DNA from: Octopus sinensis
Lineage: Eukaryota
Length of the DNA: 64,000 nucleotides
Reading direction: 5' to 3'
Assembly: GCF_006345805.1 (NCBI RefSeq)
Contig: NC_042999.1
Span: 45,136,001-45,200,000, forward strand
The notes below the pieces were generated by a model. That model did not search any database, was not told the origin of the DNA, and saw only the letters and a program-made list of their open reading frames with translations. This document shows positions 49,655 through 61,908 of the stretch, in pieces (positions within the stretch are counted from its first letter, which is position 1; each line of letters begins with the position of its first letter). The position numbers and the translations under genes were made by a program.

Positions 49655-50827
49655 TTGGGTTGGCAACTAAGTTCCTGCCGTTTTTTTAAATCTTGGAATC
49701 TATTTTGTTCTTTTTCTAGTTAATTTTAGTTAATTTTTGTTTATTTTCAGATCATTAAAATGGAATGTCAAGTTAAGAAAAACGAGCATTTTCGACACCT
49801 TCTTTTTGCTTTTATCAAGGTTCTATGGCCACAAAAGCTGCTTGGGACATTTCTGCTGTGCATGGAGAGGGTGCCATAGCTGAAAGAACCACTCGTGATT
49901 GGTATGCCAAGTTCAAAAACGGAAATTTTGACTTCAAAGACGCAACATGTTCTGGCCATCCAGTTGAGTTCGATGAAGAGCGATTAAACCAACTTTTGCA
50001 TGAAAATTCTCGTCATACGACAAGGAACTGGCAGAGAAAATGGAATGCTCCCACACTGCTATAGAGAAGCATCTTCACTCAATGGGAAAGGTTAAGAAGT
50101 ATGGAGTTTAGGGTCCGCATACTTTAAGTGACAACAGCAAAAGTCAATGAGCCACAATCTCTGCTGGTTTGCTTGCTCATCACCGCTGAACTCATGGACA
50201 CAAGCTACGATTTCTTTACCGAATCATGACTGGCGACAAGAAATGGTGCCTGTACATCAATATGAAGCAGTGTAAGGAATGGCCTAGCTTCTATAAATGA
50301 GTGACACCATGTGTGAAACAAGATCTTCATCCATGTAAAACGATGTTGTGTGTATGGTGGGGTTATCCATTACGAATTGCTAAAACGGAACCAAACGGTC
50401 AATGTGGAACTCTATGTTCAACAGATGGAATGACTCAACACGGCTATTCAAGAGAAAAGACCAAATCGGCAGCATGGAGTTCTTCTGCAGCATGACAATG
50501 CCTGCCCTCATATCACCAATATGATCAAGAAATCCATTCAAATGCATGGCTGGGAAGTGCTGCCACACCCGCCGTACTCTCCTGATTTGGCACCAATGGA
50601 TTTCCACCTCTTTTGATCTCTTTCAAACACTATGCATGGAGTTTCGTTCAATAGTGATGCAGAATTTTTCGAGTTGAAATCAGGTGATTTATACCAACAA
50701 GGTATTGAAAATCTTGTTGAGTATTGGGAAGAAGTTGTAAACAATATGGGTGAATACATTATTGATTAATTAGTTGTTATTTTTTATTAAACCTTTTAAA
50801 ACATTTAAAACTTAGTTGCCAACCCAA
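49655..50827 (+). mobile_element. Full-length DD34D mariner (mellifera-like), transposase disrupted
   Basis: TIRs TTGGGTTGGCAACTAAGT / ACTTAGTTGCCAACCCAA with TA flanks. Remnant ORF 49760-50769: MECQVKKNEHFRH, TGDKKW, HDNACPH..HPPYSPDLAPMDFHLF (34 residues between the two D). Confidence 0.96.
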
Positions 50828-50935
50828 TATATACATGCATACAAATATGTATGTATATATATATATATATATATAATATATATATATATATATGTATGTA
50901 TTTATATATGTACATATATATGTATATATATATAT

Positions 50936-51024
<89 letters not shown>

Positions 51025-51329
51025 AATGTATATGTATATCTACTTATATGTATACTATATGCATGTGTACCTAGCTAAGTACACTCATCTACACATCACT
51101 CATATCCTCAGATGTGTATGTGCATCCTTGTAAAAATTTTGTTTATATATATATATACATACACACACATATGTGCACATACACACAGAACACACATTAC
51201 GTGTGATGTCTACATATGAACATACACAAACATATATATATACACTTACATAAATAGTCACATATATATGGATATGTACATACATATACATGGATATCTA
51301 CATACATCAATACATGTACATATACAGTT

Positions 51330-52990
51330 TTTCTCTCGTATAACTATAGCATCTAAGGAAAAAGGACCATAATTAGATGGTTGAAGGGGTGATGGGCATC
51401 ATGAAGAAGAGTTGCAGTTAAGGCTTGACAGGAACAGATTGGATCTGAATGTATAAACATTAATTGTATGATTTTAGGGCCTCGTCCTTGCTATGATGGA
51501 AGGGCCTTCACAAGCAGGCCAACACACCAATCATTTTGGTCCTTTGTCATTTCCTTCATAAGATACAACAACCTAAGGTTGGTCTTCACTACTTTCTCCT
51601 GTGTTTTCTTGGACCTCTCTCTTACATAAGTTCCATCCACATATACTGATAGGCACTTCTTTATATAGCTGTCCTCATCCATACACATTGCTTACCCAGT
51701 ACAGTCTTGTCTCTAGTACTCAACATCTGATGCCTCATATGCCCATTTCCCTCAACACGTTTGCACCTTGCTGCACATACACACTAACATTGCACACCCA
51801 GCAGAGAATGCTGGTTTCATTTCTTTCTGGTCTTCATCATATGTTCTCTGAATTTCCAGCCCAAGTTTTACAACCATATATCATTACTGTTCATACACAC
51901 GTATCAGGCAATCTGCCTTTCACTCTTAGAGACTTTTTGTTATCAACAGAAGAAATAGCACTGAACTTTCTTCAGTAGTGAAGGCGCGTGGCTTAGTGGT
52001 TAGGGTGTCAGCATCATGCTCGTAAGATTGTGGTTTCGATTCCTGGAGTGGGCAACGCGTTGTGTTCTTGAGCAAAACATTTCATTTCTTGTTGCTCCAG
52101 TCTACTCAGCTGGCAAAAATGAGTAACACTGTGATGGATCCAGCTGGGGAACACATACGCCATAGAAACTGGGAAACCGGGCCCATGAGCCTAGCTAGGT
52201 TTTAAAAAGGGCACATTTATTTATTTTATTTTTTCTTCAGTAGGTTCATATTCCAGCAACTATACTTTCAGAACATCCTGCTAATCAAGTCACCTATGCA
52301 ACAGAAACCATCTGCTACCTTTCAAGTTCCTGGGTATTAAAGAAAACCTATTTCCTATATGTTTTTAGTTCTTATTACAGCTGTGCATCTGCCACAAACA
52401 AAGATAGCTTTCTCTATTAATCATCCTGTAATTCCACTATGTCATTTATATGTTGCACTGTAAGGAATTTCTACCTACATTTTCTCCATAACAAACTGGG
52501 CCGTTTTCCCAAAGGGATTAGTATATTGTCTGTTTTCTTACTAGGACAGTGATTTTTTTCCTAATGTTGATTTTAAGGTCCTTTGCTTCCAAGTTTCGCT
52601 TCCACATTTTAAATTTCTAATTCTACTTGAAACTCAGTTATAAGAACAACGTCAGCAACATAGAGGAGTTCCCATGAGCAACTGGTCATAAACTCATTTG
52701 TTATGACCTAGAGGACAATGATAAATTGGAGAGGACTGAGACAACAGGGCCTTTTTGAAGGCTTTCTAGGTTGCTGAAAGCCTAGTACAGCAGTTTATAT
52801 ATAGCTGAATACTTTTCCTGCAGTTGCCTTACAAGGAAGATGGCATCAGTGGTCCTTCTAGTTGCAAAACCAAACTGCATCTCATCTAGTATAACTCTCT
52901 TCCGAATAAATTGAGCTAAAACTCTTTCTGTAAATTTCATGACCTGAGAAATTTGGTACTTCTCTAAGGTATCTCTTGTACCCTTGTAAC
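51330..52990 (-). mobile_element. Old fragmented RTE copy
   Basis: VMKFTERVLAQFIRKRVILDEMQFGF..TTDAIFLVRQLQEKY (52790-52990) and C-terminal MDEDSYIKKC..KTNLRLL (51490-51690). Confidence 0.8.
51978..52231 (+). mobile_element. SINE family C, full length with TSD
   Basis: TSD TTTCTTCAGTA at 51967-51977 and 52232-52242; (TTTA)n tail. Confidence 0.92.
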
Positions 52991-53026
52991 TATTGGCTAT
53001 AAGTCTGTGAGTGTGTATATACATAC

Positions 53027-53087
<61 letters not shown>

Positions 53088-53258
53088 AAATAATAGTTAT
53101 CACCATACTAATATGGCATTCTTATAAAAATAAGAATAAAGCTGTCCGCTTATTAGCTCCATGAGGCCATCGCCTTAAGTTAACTATTTGATACACAAAC
53201 TGTATCCATATAACCTTCGAACAAGGGAGGTCAGTCGCTCCACACTACTTGTCCGGCA

Positions 53259-53300
53259 GCTACAGACGCGTTTCGGGGTATTGCCCCTTTTCAATGCAGC
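53259..53300 (-). ncRNA. Intact minimal hammerhead with U3-A8 core
   Basis: Minus strand GCTGCA-TTGAAAA-GGGG(caata)CCCC-GAAA-CGCG-TC-TGTAGC; palindrome ACGCGT; GUC cleavage site. Confidence 0.82.
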
Positions 53301-53346
53301 GTAGCCAGCCAGTAGGTGTCGCTTCCGACAATCTCTGTTCGATGGT

Positions 53347-53395
53347 TTTATTTACCTAGTTTCGGTGGAATACATCCACTTGTTTTCAATAATAG
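53347..53395 (-). ncRNA. Second U3-A8 hammerhead in the same element
   Basis: Minus strand TATTA-TTGAAAA-CAA-GTGGA(tgtat)TCCAC-C-GAAA-CTAGG-TA-AATA; stem I is weak. Confidence 0.6.
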
Positions 53396-53673
53396 AAATA
53401 TTAAAATTACTAAGTCTCTCTAAAAGAGAACAGTGGCAGCATTCCCGGAAAATAATAGTTATCGCCATACTAATACTAAGGTTATATGGATACAGTTTGT
53501 GTATCAAATAGCTAACTTAAGGCGATGGCCTCATGGAGCTAATAAGCGGACAGCTTTATTCTTATTTTTATAAGAATGCCATATTAGTATGGCGATAACT
53601 ATTATTTTCCGGGAACGCTGCCGCTGTTCTCTTTTAGAGAGACTTAGTAATTTTAATATTTCTATTATATATA

Positions 53674-53852
53674 TCATCATCATCATTTAGCGTCTGTTCT
53701 CCATGCTAGCATGGGTTGGACGGTTCAACTGGGGTCTGTGAAGCTGGAAGGCTTCATCAGGCCCAGTCAGATCTGGCAGTGTTTCTACGGCTGGATGCCC
53801 TTCCTAACGCCAACCACTCCGTGAGTGTAGTGGGTGCTTTTTACGTGCCACC
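53674..53852 (-). mobile_element. RTE 3' fragment, both junctions in (TA)n
   Basis: TATATATCATCATCATCATTTAGCG...TTACGTGCCACC|TATATATA. Confidence 0.92.
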
Positions 53853-53858
53853 TATATA

Positions 53859-53919
<61 letters not shown>

Positions 53920-54210
53920 CATACATATACACACACAAACACATACACACACACACACACATGCATTTTACTCAAGGCACAAGGCCTCAAAAATTTGGTG
54001 AGGTGGCTAGTCGATTACATCAACCCCAGGATGCAACATGTACTTAATTTATCGACATCCAAAAGGATGAAAGGTGAAGATGACCTTAACGGAATTTGAA
54101 ATCAGAATGTAAAGACAGACGAAATACTGTTAAGCATTTCACCCAGCATGCTAACAATTCTGCCAGCTCGCTGCCTTACACACGAAGCCCGTCGTATATA
54201 TGTATATGTT

Positions 54211-54245
<35 letters not shown>

Positions 54246-54294
54246 CTGAGTATAAGTGTTAGACTATACATACATACAAACAAATACACACATC

Positions 54295-54328
<34 letters not shown>

Positions 54329-54420
54329 TGCGTGTGTACGTATATACATATTCAGTATGATTTGGCATAGAACAGCATATATTTTTTTTGTTACTCCCAC
54401 TTCTTTTCTTCTTCCAACCT

Positions 54421-54462
54421 AAATTTCTGAAGAAGAACATTGGCTCAAAACGTCAGACATTT
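54421..54462 (+). ncRNA. Decayed hammerhead motif after a pyrimidine tract (pLTR-like)
   Basis: TTT-CTGAAGA-AGAAC(attg)GCTC-AAAA-CGTC-AGA; G12>A is consistent with CpG decay. Confidence 0.5.
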
Positions 54463-54753
54463 CCACTTTCTTAATCTTTCATTGAGCATTAAACTAATAA
54501 TTACAAATAATTTCTAATAATTGCTTTGTTTTCCCTTTGTCATCTCTGTTATTATTTTCATCATAAATTTTGGACTTATACATCTGTATGTATGTATATA
54601 GAGGTTGTTATATTTTGCAAGAGACGTATTATTATAGCCTATAATCACACTCAACATTTGTTTTCTTGTTTTTAGCTACATTTTTTCCTTTCTGTTTTGC
54701 TTCCAAACATTTTTTGCTACATTATTTAAAAACACACACATCATCATCACACA

Positions 54754-54792
<39 letters not shown>

Positions 54793-54806
54793 TATATAAT
54801 ATACAT

Positions 54807-54837
<31 letters not shown>

Positions 54838-54881
54838 TAATATATATATATATTATATATACATATATACATATATATATA

Positions 54882-54923
<42 letters not shown>

Positions 54924-54968
54924 TTAATATATATATACACTTATATATATATACATATATATATGTAT

Positions 54969-55001
<33 letters not shown>

Positions 55002-55159
55002 CACACACACATATATATATATATATAATATATACATATATACATATATATATATACATCTACATATATATATATATATACACATACATATATATACGCA
55101 TATATATATGTATATATACATATACATACATACATACATATATATATATGCATATATAT

Positions 55160-55200
<41 letters not shown>

Positions 55201-55242
55201 CATATATGTATGTGTGAGAGTATATATGTGTGTATGTGTGTG

Positions 55243-55281
<39 letters not shown>

Positions 55282-56059
55282 GTATATTGTCCCAGTAGCC
55301 TAGGTGGCGGTATGTAAGTTTTGCGTGTGTGCACACACACAACTATGTGTGCTGTATTCATACACACATTCAAACAGGCATAAACAAATTTTATATTCAT
55401 ATAATATGAAATAAAAAGATATAAAAAAAAAACTGACGAAAATCAAAACAAAAATATTCAAGCGTATGGGAGGGAAGAAAGATAGGGAGGAAGACATTGA
55501 GGGGAAGTTAGAGAGAAGAGAAAAGGTTAGAGAGAGGGGGGGGGGCAGCTAGACTAAAGAGAAGAAGGAGTAGGAGTCTATGAAATAACAATCTTTTAGC
55601 AGATAGCACTAATACCCTAATTTCTTGCTACTAATACCGGAAATTAAAAACAATTGTAAAATAACAAGCACAGTCATCTCATTTCTTGTTTTAGTATATT
55701 TTCTTGGTTTTCTGTGTTTCTTTTGTTATTTTTTCTCTATTATTATTAATTTTTTTCACCTTGGCCTTTGGGGGAAGGGTAAGGGAACTTATTGCAGAAT
55801 CAATGGCCTTAACTCCATTATTTTTGACTTCTTTGATTAGTCAGAGAATTTTTCCCTTGTTAGAATTGTTGTTGGTACTTGATTGTAAGGTTCTAGTGAC
55901 TAAAACTGGTATTTTTGTAGCTAATTTGACAACCCTTATCATGAGAGTCATTAATAATAATTTGTGTGTAGGGTGAGGTGGAGTGGGGAATAAATGATGG
56001 CCACTCTACCACCGCCATCACCCCCTCGTCTATGCCAGTATATTGTTTAAGTAAGATAC

Positions 56060-56745
56060 AAAGAAAGGGAGGTATTTAGATTTCTTGGTAAATATTTGAG
56101 GTGAAAGAGAGAGGAAAGAACTGAGGAAAATACTGAGTGTTTGTGTGAGGGGTAGATTGAGGAGAAAGTTGGAGAGAGAGGGTAGGGAGAGAGTGGGAGG
56201 TGGAGAGATTGAAGAAAAGGAGGAGGAGGAGAGAGAACCTGAAGTAAGAGACTGGGAGAAAGAGAGAAAAAGAAGAGGGAGAAATTGAAAGAGTGAAAAC
56301 GACAAAGGAGGAGTGAGGTCGATGGAGAAATTTGTAGAGAGAGGAAGAGAGTGAGTGACTGAGAGAGAGAGAGAAAGAGTGACAGAGCCAGAAATAGAAT
56401 GAATGCTCGAGAAATTTTGAGAGAGAGAGTGAGAGAGAGGGAAGGAGAGAGAGAGTGGAAGGTGGAAAGATTGAGGAAAAAATGATGGTGTGAGAGACTG
56501 AAGAAGAAAGAGAGAGAAAGAGAAGAAAAAAAGAGGGGAAATTGAAAGAGTGAGGAAGACAAAGAAAGAAACTGCAAAAAATATTGAGAGTGAGAAAAAG
56601 AGAGAGAGAGAGGACAAGAGGGGGAGGCTGAAGAAGAAATTTGTAGAGATGAAGAGAGAGGTATATTGAGGAGAAATATGGAGAGAGAGAAAGAGAGAGA
56701 GAGAGTGAGTGATTGAGAGCGAGTGACAGAGACAGAGATAGAATG
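56060..56745. repeat. ~680-bp polypurine (GA-rich) low-complexity tract
   Basis: Seen directly; source of the Leu/Ser/Phe ORFs. Confidence 0.9.
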
Positions 56746-57111
56746 GGTGTTCTCTCTTCTTTGTTCTCTCTTCTGTTGCCATTATCTTCAGGACTTTGCT
56801 ACTTATTATGTATGTCTGTATGTCTTGTGTTCTGAGCCGTATTCTGTAGATGTCTCTTGTGACCACAGGCTAAATGGTTAAGAAAGTTCTTTTGCAATAG
56901 TGAGATCTTGGTTCAATATTGCTGTGTGGTAGCACCCTGAGCAAATTTCTACTATAGTTCAAGATTGATAGAAACTTCCTTAACAAAATTGGAAAGATGG
57001 CATCACTGAGCCTTGCAATGCTAGTTCATGAAGCAAACTCAGTTTTGGTGTCCTAGGTGAGCTGAATTTTGGCACTTTACAAATATATTTTTTCAAGAAT
57101 TTTCTCAAATA

Positions 57112-57425
57112 TAACAATTGCAGCATGGAAGGTGTTTATACACCATTTAAGAAACACACAAAAACCATTAGATTCACTTCAATATTTAAATTTAATTTGT
57201 CAAAATATTTTCATTGCTTTGAGACCATGACCTGTTCACTGACAAAATTCTACATCAGTGAACAGGTCGCGGTCTCAAAGCGACGAAAATATTGGTAAAT
57301 TAAATTTAAACGTTGAAGTGAATCTAACGTTTTTTGTGTGTTTCTTAAATGGCTTATAGACACCCTCCATGCTGCAATTATTTCCGTTCGAGCACACTAT
57401 GCAAGTACATCTCTGTAATTTCTCA
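57112..57425. mobile_element. Long palindrome with a G3-C8 hammerhead motif in each arm
   Basis: 57112-57246 and 57255-57390 are reverse complements. Motifs lie at 57196-57246 (minus) and 57255-57299 (plus). Confidence 0.8.
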
Positions 57426-57674
57426 AGCATATTTTTTAAAGAATTTTTAAAGAATTTTCTCACAGTTTCTTAAACATAGGTGCAGGCGTGGCTGTGTGGT
57501 AGGAAGTTTTATACACACAGGTATGACTAAGTGGTAAGAAGCTTGCTTTCCAATCATGTAGTTCCAGGTTCAGTCCCACTGTGTAGCACCTTGGGCAAGT
57601 ATTTTCTACTATAGCCTTGGGCTGACCAAAGCCTTAAGAGTGGATTTGGTAGATGGAAACTGAAAGAAGTCTTT

Positions 57675-57722
<48 letters not shown>

Positions 57723-58339
57723 TATATATGTGTGTGTGTGTCTTTGTCTGTGTTCCCCCCCATCACCACTTGACAACTGGTGTTGGTGTGTTTACACCCC
57801 TGTAACTTAGTGGCTCAGCAAACGTGACTGATAAAAGAAGTGTTAGGCTTTAAAAAAAATAGGTCCTGGTGTCAATTTGCTTGACTAAAACCCCTCAAAG
57901 CAGTATTCCAGCATGGTCATAAACACATGGCACAGCACCCTGAAGCATATGATGCCCTGGGCAACAGCCCAAGCTACTAGTATCTCAAGCCAGTTTAGAG
58001 AGTTGGAGTTTGCACAGAAGCCAGCTGGATGGCTTCACCTGTATTTCAAAGGGCCAGCCATGTCATATAGGTCTGTGCAGATTCTGTTTGAGGGTACATT
58101 AAGGGTACAAGTGTCTGAAAAATACTTAGTCACATACACATTCAACTCTTTACTCACTCATGTCTTTCCAGCTGTTGCATGCATACCTTTCCTGAAGTAA
58201 TACTCATGTATTTCCTACAGTTGCCCTCAAATAAGTCTTGTGGTTACACTCATATATTTTCTGAAGATACTTAGTTTTAAATTTCTAAAAAACAAAAAAA
58301 AACAACAAAAAATGAAATAAAAATGCTTTTAAAGAAGGT

Positions 58340-58722
58340 GTGTGGAGGATGTCCCTGAAAGGAAGGGGTCGTGTTTAGTCCAAATGGGGTTTAAGTTCGG
58401 AGAGTAAAAATGTAGCACTGTTCAAGGTGAAGTCTGGTGTTGGTGGGTCCTTAGTGTAGGTATGAAGTGGAGTGGCCGGCCAATCAAAAATGACAGGTGA
58501 TGGGAGTATTTCTTTGCAGGTGAACATCCCATAAGTGTTCCATGAACTGGTCAGCTAGCAGATGGCCTGTCTGACCAACTTATAGATGGTTGCATAGATT
58601 AAATCGGATGCAATATATGAGGTTAAATGAAGTGCATGAGAAAGAGTTCTGGATGTAGAGGATGTGTTGGTTAGCTACAGTGAGAGATTTGGTGTTGGCG
58701 ACAATTGGACAGATCTGGCATC
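58340..58722 (-). pseudogene. Penelope-like GIY-YIG endonuclease relic
   Basis: Minus-strand CQICP..SFSCTSFNLIYCI..CNHL*VGQTGHLLADQFMEHL..TPITCHF..GHS is the typical PLE GIY-YIG signature. Confidence 0.85.
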
Positions 58723-59142
58723 AGGGTCTGCAGATACTCAGCCACATACACATTCAACTCTTTACCCACTCACGTCTTTCCAGCTGTTGCATGCATACCT
58801 TTCCTGAAGTTATACTCATCTATTTCCTACAGTTGCCCTCAAACAAGTCTTGTGGTTACACTCCTATATTTTCTGCAGATGTACTCATGCCATTCCTGAA
58901 GTTGCACTCATGTATTTCCTACAGTCGTCCTCATACAATTCTTGTGGTCACACTCATGCAGTTACTATCATGTATTTCACTCATATATTCCCTACAATTA
59001 CACTCATACAATTTTTATACCTTTCCTAATATTACACATTGTATTTCCTGCTGTTGCAATCATACAATTCTTGTAGATGTTCTCATGTGTTTTCTGTTGG
59101 CTTTGTAGGTACACTCATCTTTTCTGCAGGAGTTGACCAGCA

Positions 59143-59180
<38 letters not shown>

Positions 59181-59211
59181 TAATAATATAATAATAATAA
59201 TAATAATAATA

Positions 59212-59283
<72 letters not shown>

Positions 59284-59295
59284 TAATAATAATAA

Positions 59296-60130
59296 TGAAA
59301 TTATTGTATACAGTGCTCAGGTACACCACAACTTGTCAAAAGTGCATATAAAGCGTAGGCAGTAATGTACAAATATCTGGAAAGTGAACAGTGTATGAGT
59401 CAGATACATGCTTGCGTGTGTTTGGAGGGGTGAAAATCAGGTGTAGTGTTGGCGAATCTCAGGAAGCAAGGAAGTTTTGAAGGATGCAGTGTTCCGACAA
59501 CTAACAACTGATGCCGGCTGTTTGTTCCATACTTCAGAAACTTTTAGTGTGAAGAAATGTTTCTGAAAGTGATGGGAGCTGTGCTGTTTACTGACTTTGT
59601 AAACATGTCCACAGGTGTTATACAGGTGGAGTTTGAAAAGGTGCTCAGAGTTATTGTTAGTAAGATGGTTAATAATTTTATGGGTGTCTGTCAGACTTTG
59701 GAGTTTCAATGTATCCATGCTCAGGGAAGTAAAGTGTTCAGAATATGGCAAATGCCTGATGGAGGGTATTCTCTTGTTTGCACGTCGCAGAGCGGTTTCC
59801 AGACAATTAATATCCTGGGCAAGATAGGGGTTCCAGACCGGTGATGCAAATTCCAGGTGAGGCCACACCATAGCTATATAAAGCCTCAGATAGATAGCCA
59901 GAGAGCAGCTCACAAAGGACTTGGTGAGTGATGCCAAGACACCCTCAGCCTTCTTGGCAATTTTAGCAATAGTTTAAACAGAGTATCAACAGTATCAAGC
60001 TCACCAGCCATGGAGGGGTTGCAAGAGTCATGGATCATGCCTCTTACACCAGACACAGCATGTAAAATATACATTGTTGATCTAACTACCTTGAAGTCTA
60101 AGTGAAATCCTTTCAACTTTCACGATGATG
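59296..60130 (-). mobile_element. CR1/L2-group LINE 3' fragment with (TTA)n tail
   Basis: LYIAMVWPHLEFASPVWNPYLAQDINCLE..LPYSE..GHVYKV..HFFTLKVSEVWN. Confidence 0.9.
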
Positions 60131-60249
60131 TGAATGAATCATGTTTCTTATAATGGCTTGCTTGCATTGCTCGTGCATCTGCTGCTCGCATTTGCATTTG
60201 TGTGCATTATGTGTGTTTTACTTTATGCAAGTACATGCATATTTTGTGC

Positions 60250-61090
60250 ACAAGTGCTGTATAGAAGTATACAGGGACATACATCTGTATGTATGTATGC
60301 ATATATGTATGTATATATACATGTGCACATATATGTATATATGTATGTATATACATGTACACATACATACATGTATGTGTACTTGTATGTGTGTGTATAT
60401 GTACATGTATGTGTGTGCATGTATATGTTTATGCATGTTTGCATGCATGCATGTATGTATGTATGTATGTATATATGTATGTATGAATGTATGTATGCAT
60501 GTATGAATGTTTGTATATATGTATGCATGTATGTATGTCTGTGTGTATGTGTATGTTTGTGTGTACATGTATTTATATATGTATGTGTGTATACATGTAT
60601 GTCTATGTGTATGTATGCTTGCATGTATGTATGTATTTACTTATGTATGTATATATATGTATATGTGTGCACATGTCAGTATATATGTATATGTATGTAT
60701 GTGCATAGTATGTATGTATATATATGTGTGTGTGTGTATGTCAGTGTGTACGTATATATGCATGGATATATATATGTATGCATGTATGTATGTCTCTATG
60801 ATTGTGTATGTTTGTGTGTATATGTATGTATGTATATACGTGTTTACATGTATGTATATGTGTGCACATGTCAGTATGTATGTATAGTATGTATGTACGT
60901 AGTATGTATATATATATATGTGTGTGTGTGTACGTCAGTGTGTATGTATATGTGCATGGATACATATATGTATGTATGTATGCATGCATGCATGCATGTA
61001 TGTATGTATGTATGTATGTATGTATGTATATATGTGTGTACATGTCAGAGTGTATGCATGATTGTGTGTGCGTATGTATGTATGTATGTA
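60250..61090. repeat. Compound (TATG)n/(TG)n/(TA)n microsatellite with internal ~150-bp re-duplications
   Basis: Seen directly; GTGTGCACATGTCAGTAT recurs at ~60665 and ~60860. Confidence 0.9.
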
Positions 61091-61865
61091 TGTTGCGAAT
61101 AGTGTCTGTAAATAGGAGGTTGTATAGTTGGTGTTTGTTTATCTGTTTCAAGTATTGATAGAGAGAAAGTGGATAATGAATGTTTTGTGTACATTGATGT
61201 CTGTGTCATAGCATTTGTGGTTTCCTTTGCATTTTGGGCTGGGTCTATACACATGTACTCTGTGCGTGTTCTGTGAGTGCGTGTGTGTGTGTGTGTGTGT
61301 GTGTGCGTGCGGGTGCTCATGTGTACGTGTGCATTCATTTTGCAGTGAGTGTGGGCTTAAGTAGCATTGTGTGAATAGTCACACATGTAACAAGATGGAG
61401 CATCGGAAAGAAACTGTGATGAATATTCAGGTAAATAAGGGAGAGAGAGAAAGAGAGAAAAAGAGAGAGAGAGAGAGAGAGGGAGAGAGAAGGGGAGGGC
61501 AAGGTGGGTAGGAGAGCAAGGAGAGAGGATGATCAATAGGGATATCAGATAATAGATACTTAGACAAAGGAATAGCTTTAAGCAGACATTTTGATTTAAA
61601 TTGATGTAAGAGATTCAAAACCACACTCAGATGTTCACACACACACACACACACACACACATGCAGAGACACATATATCCTTATATTCACATAAAAGTAC
61701 AATGAAACACATACAAATATACACAACAGACATTAATACACACACTCACATACACATACGTACATACATCTAATGTACACACACACTCACACACTCACAC
61801 ACACACATATAAACATATATATATATTTGTGTGTATATTATATGTATATATGTATATATATGTGC

Positions 61866-61908
<43 letters not shown>

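Larger units (their letters stand above)
53087..53666. mobile_element. 362-bp monomer with terminal direct repeat plus an inverted partial copy, carrying two hammerheads (Penelope pLTR/retrozyme-like)
   Basis: AAAATAATAGTTATC(A/G)CCATACTAATA at 53087 and 53449; 53478-53608 is the reverse complement of 53087-53217; 53582-53666 is the reverse complement of 53391-53475; (TA)n on both sides. Confidence 0.88.

Noticed and set aside
60134-61102. 322-aa Cys/Met/Tyr/Val ORF and similar ORFs at 40-41, 54-55 and 61-62 kb
   Set aside because: Translations of (TATG)n/(TG)n/(TA)n repeats.
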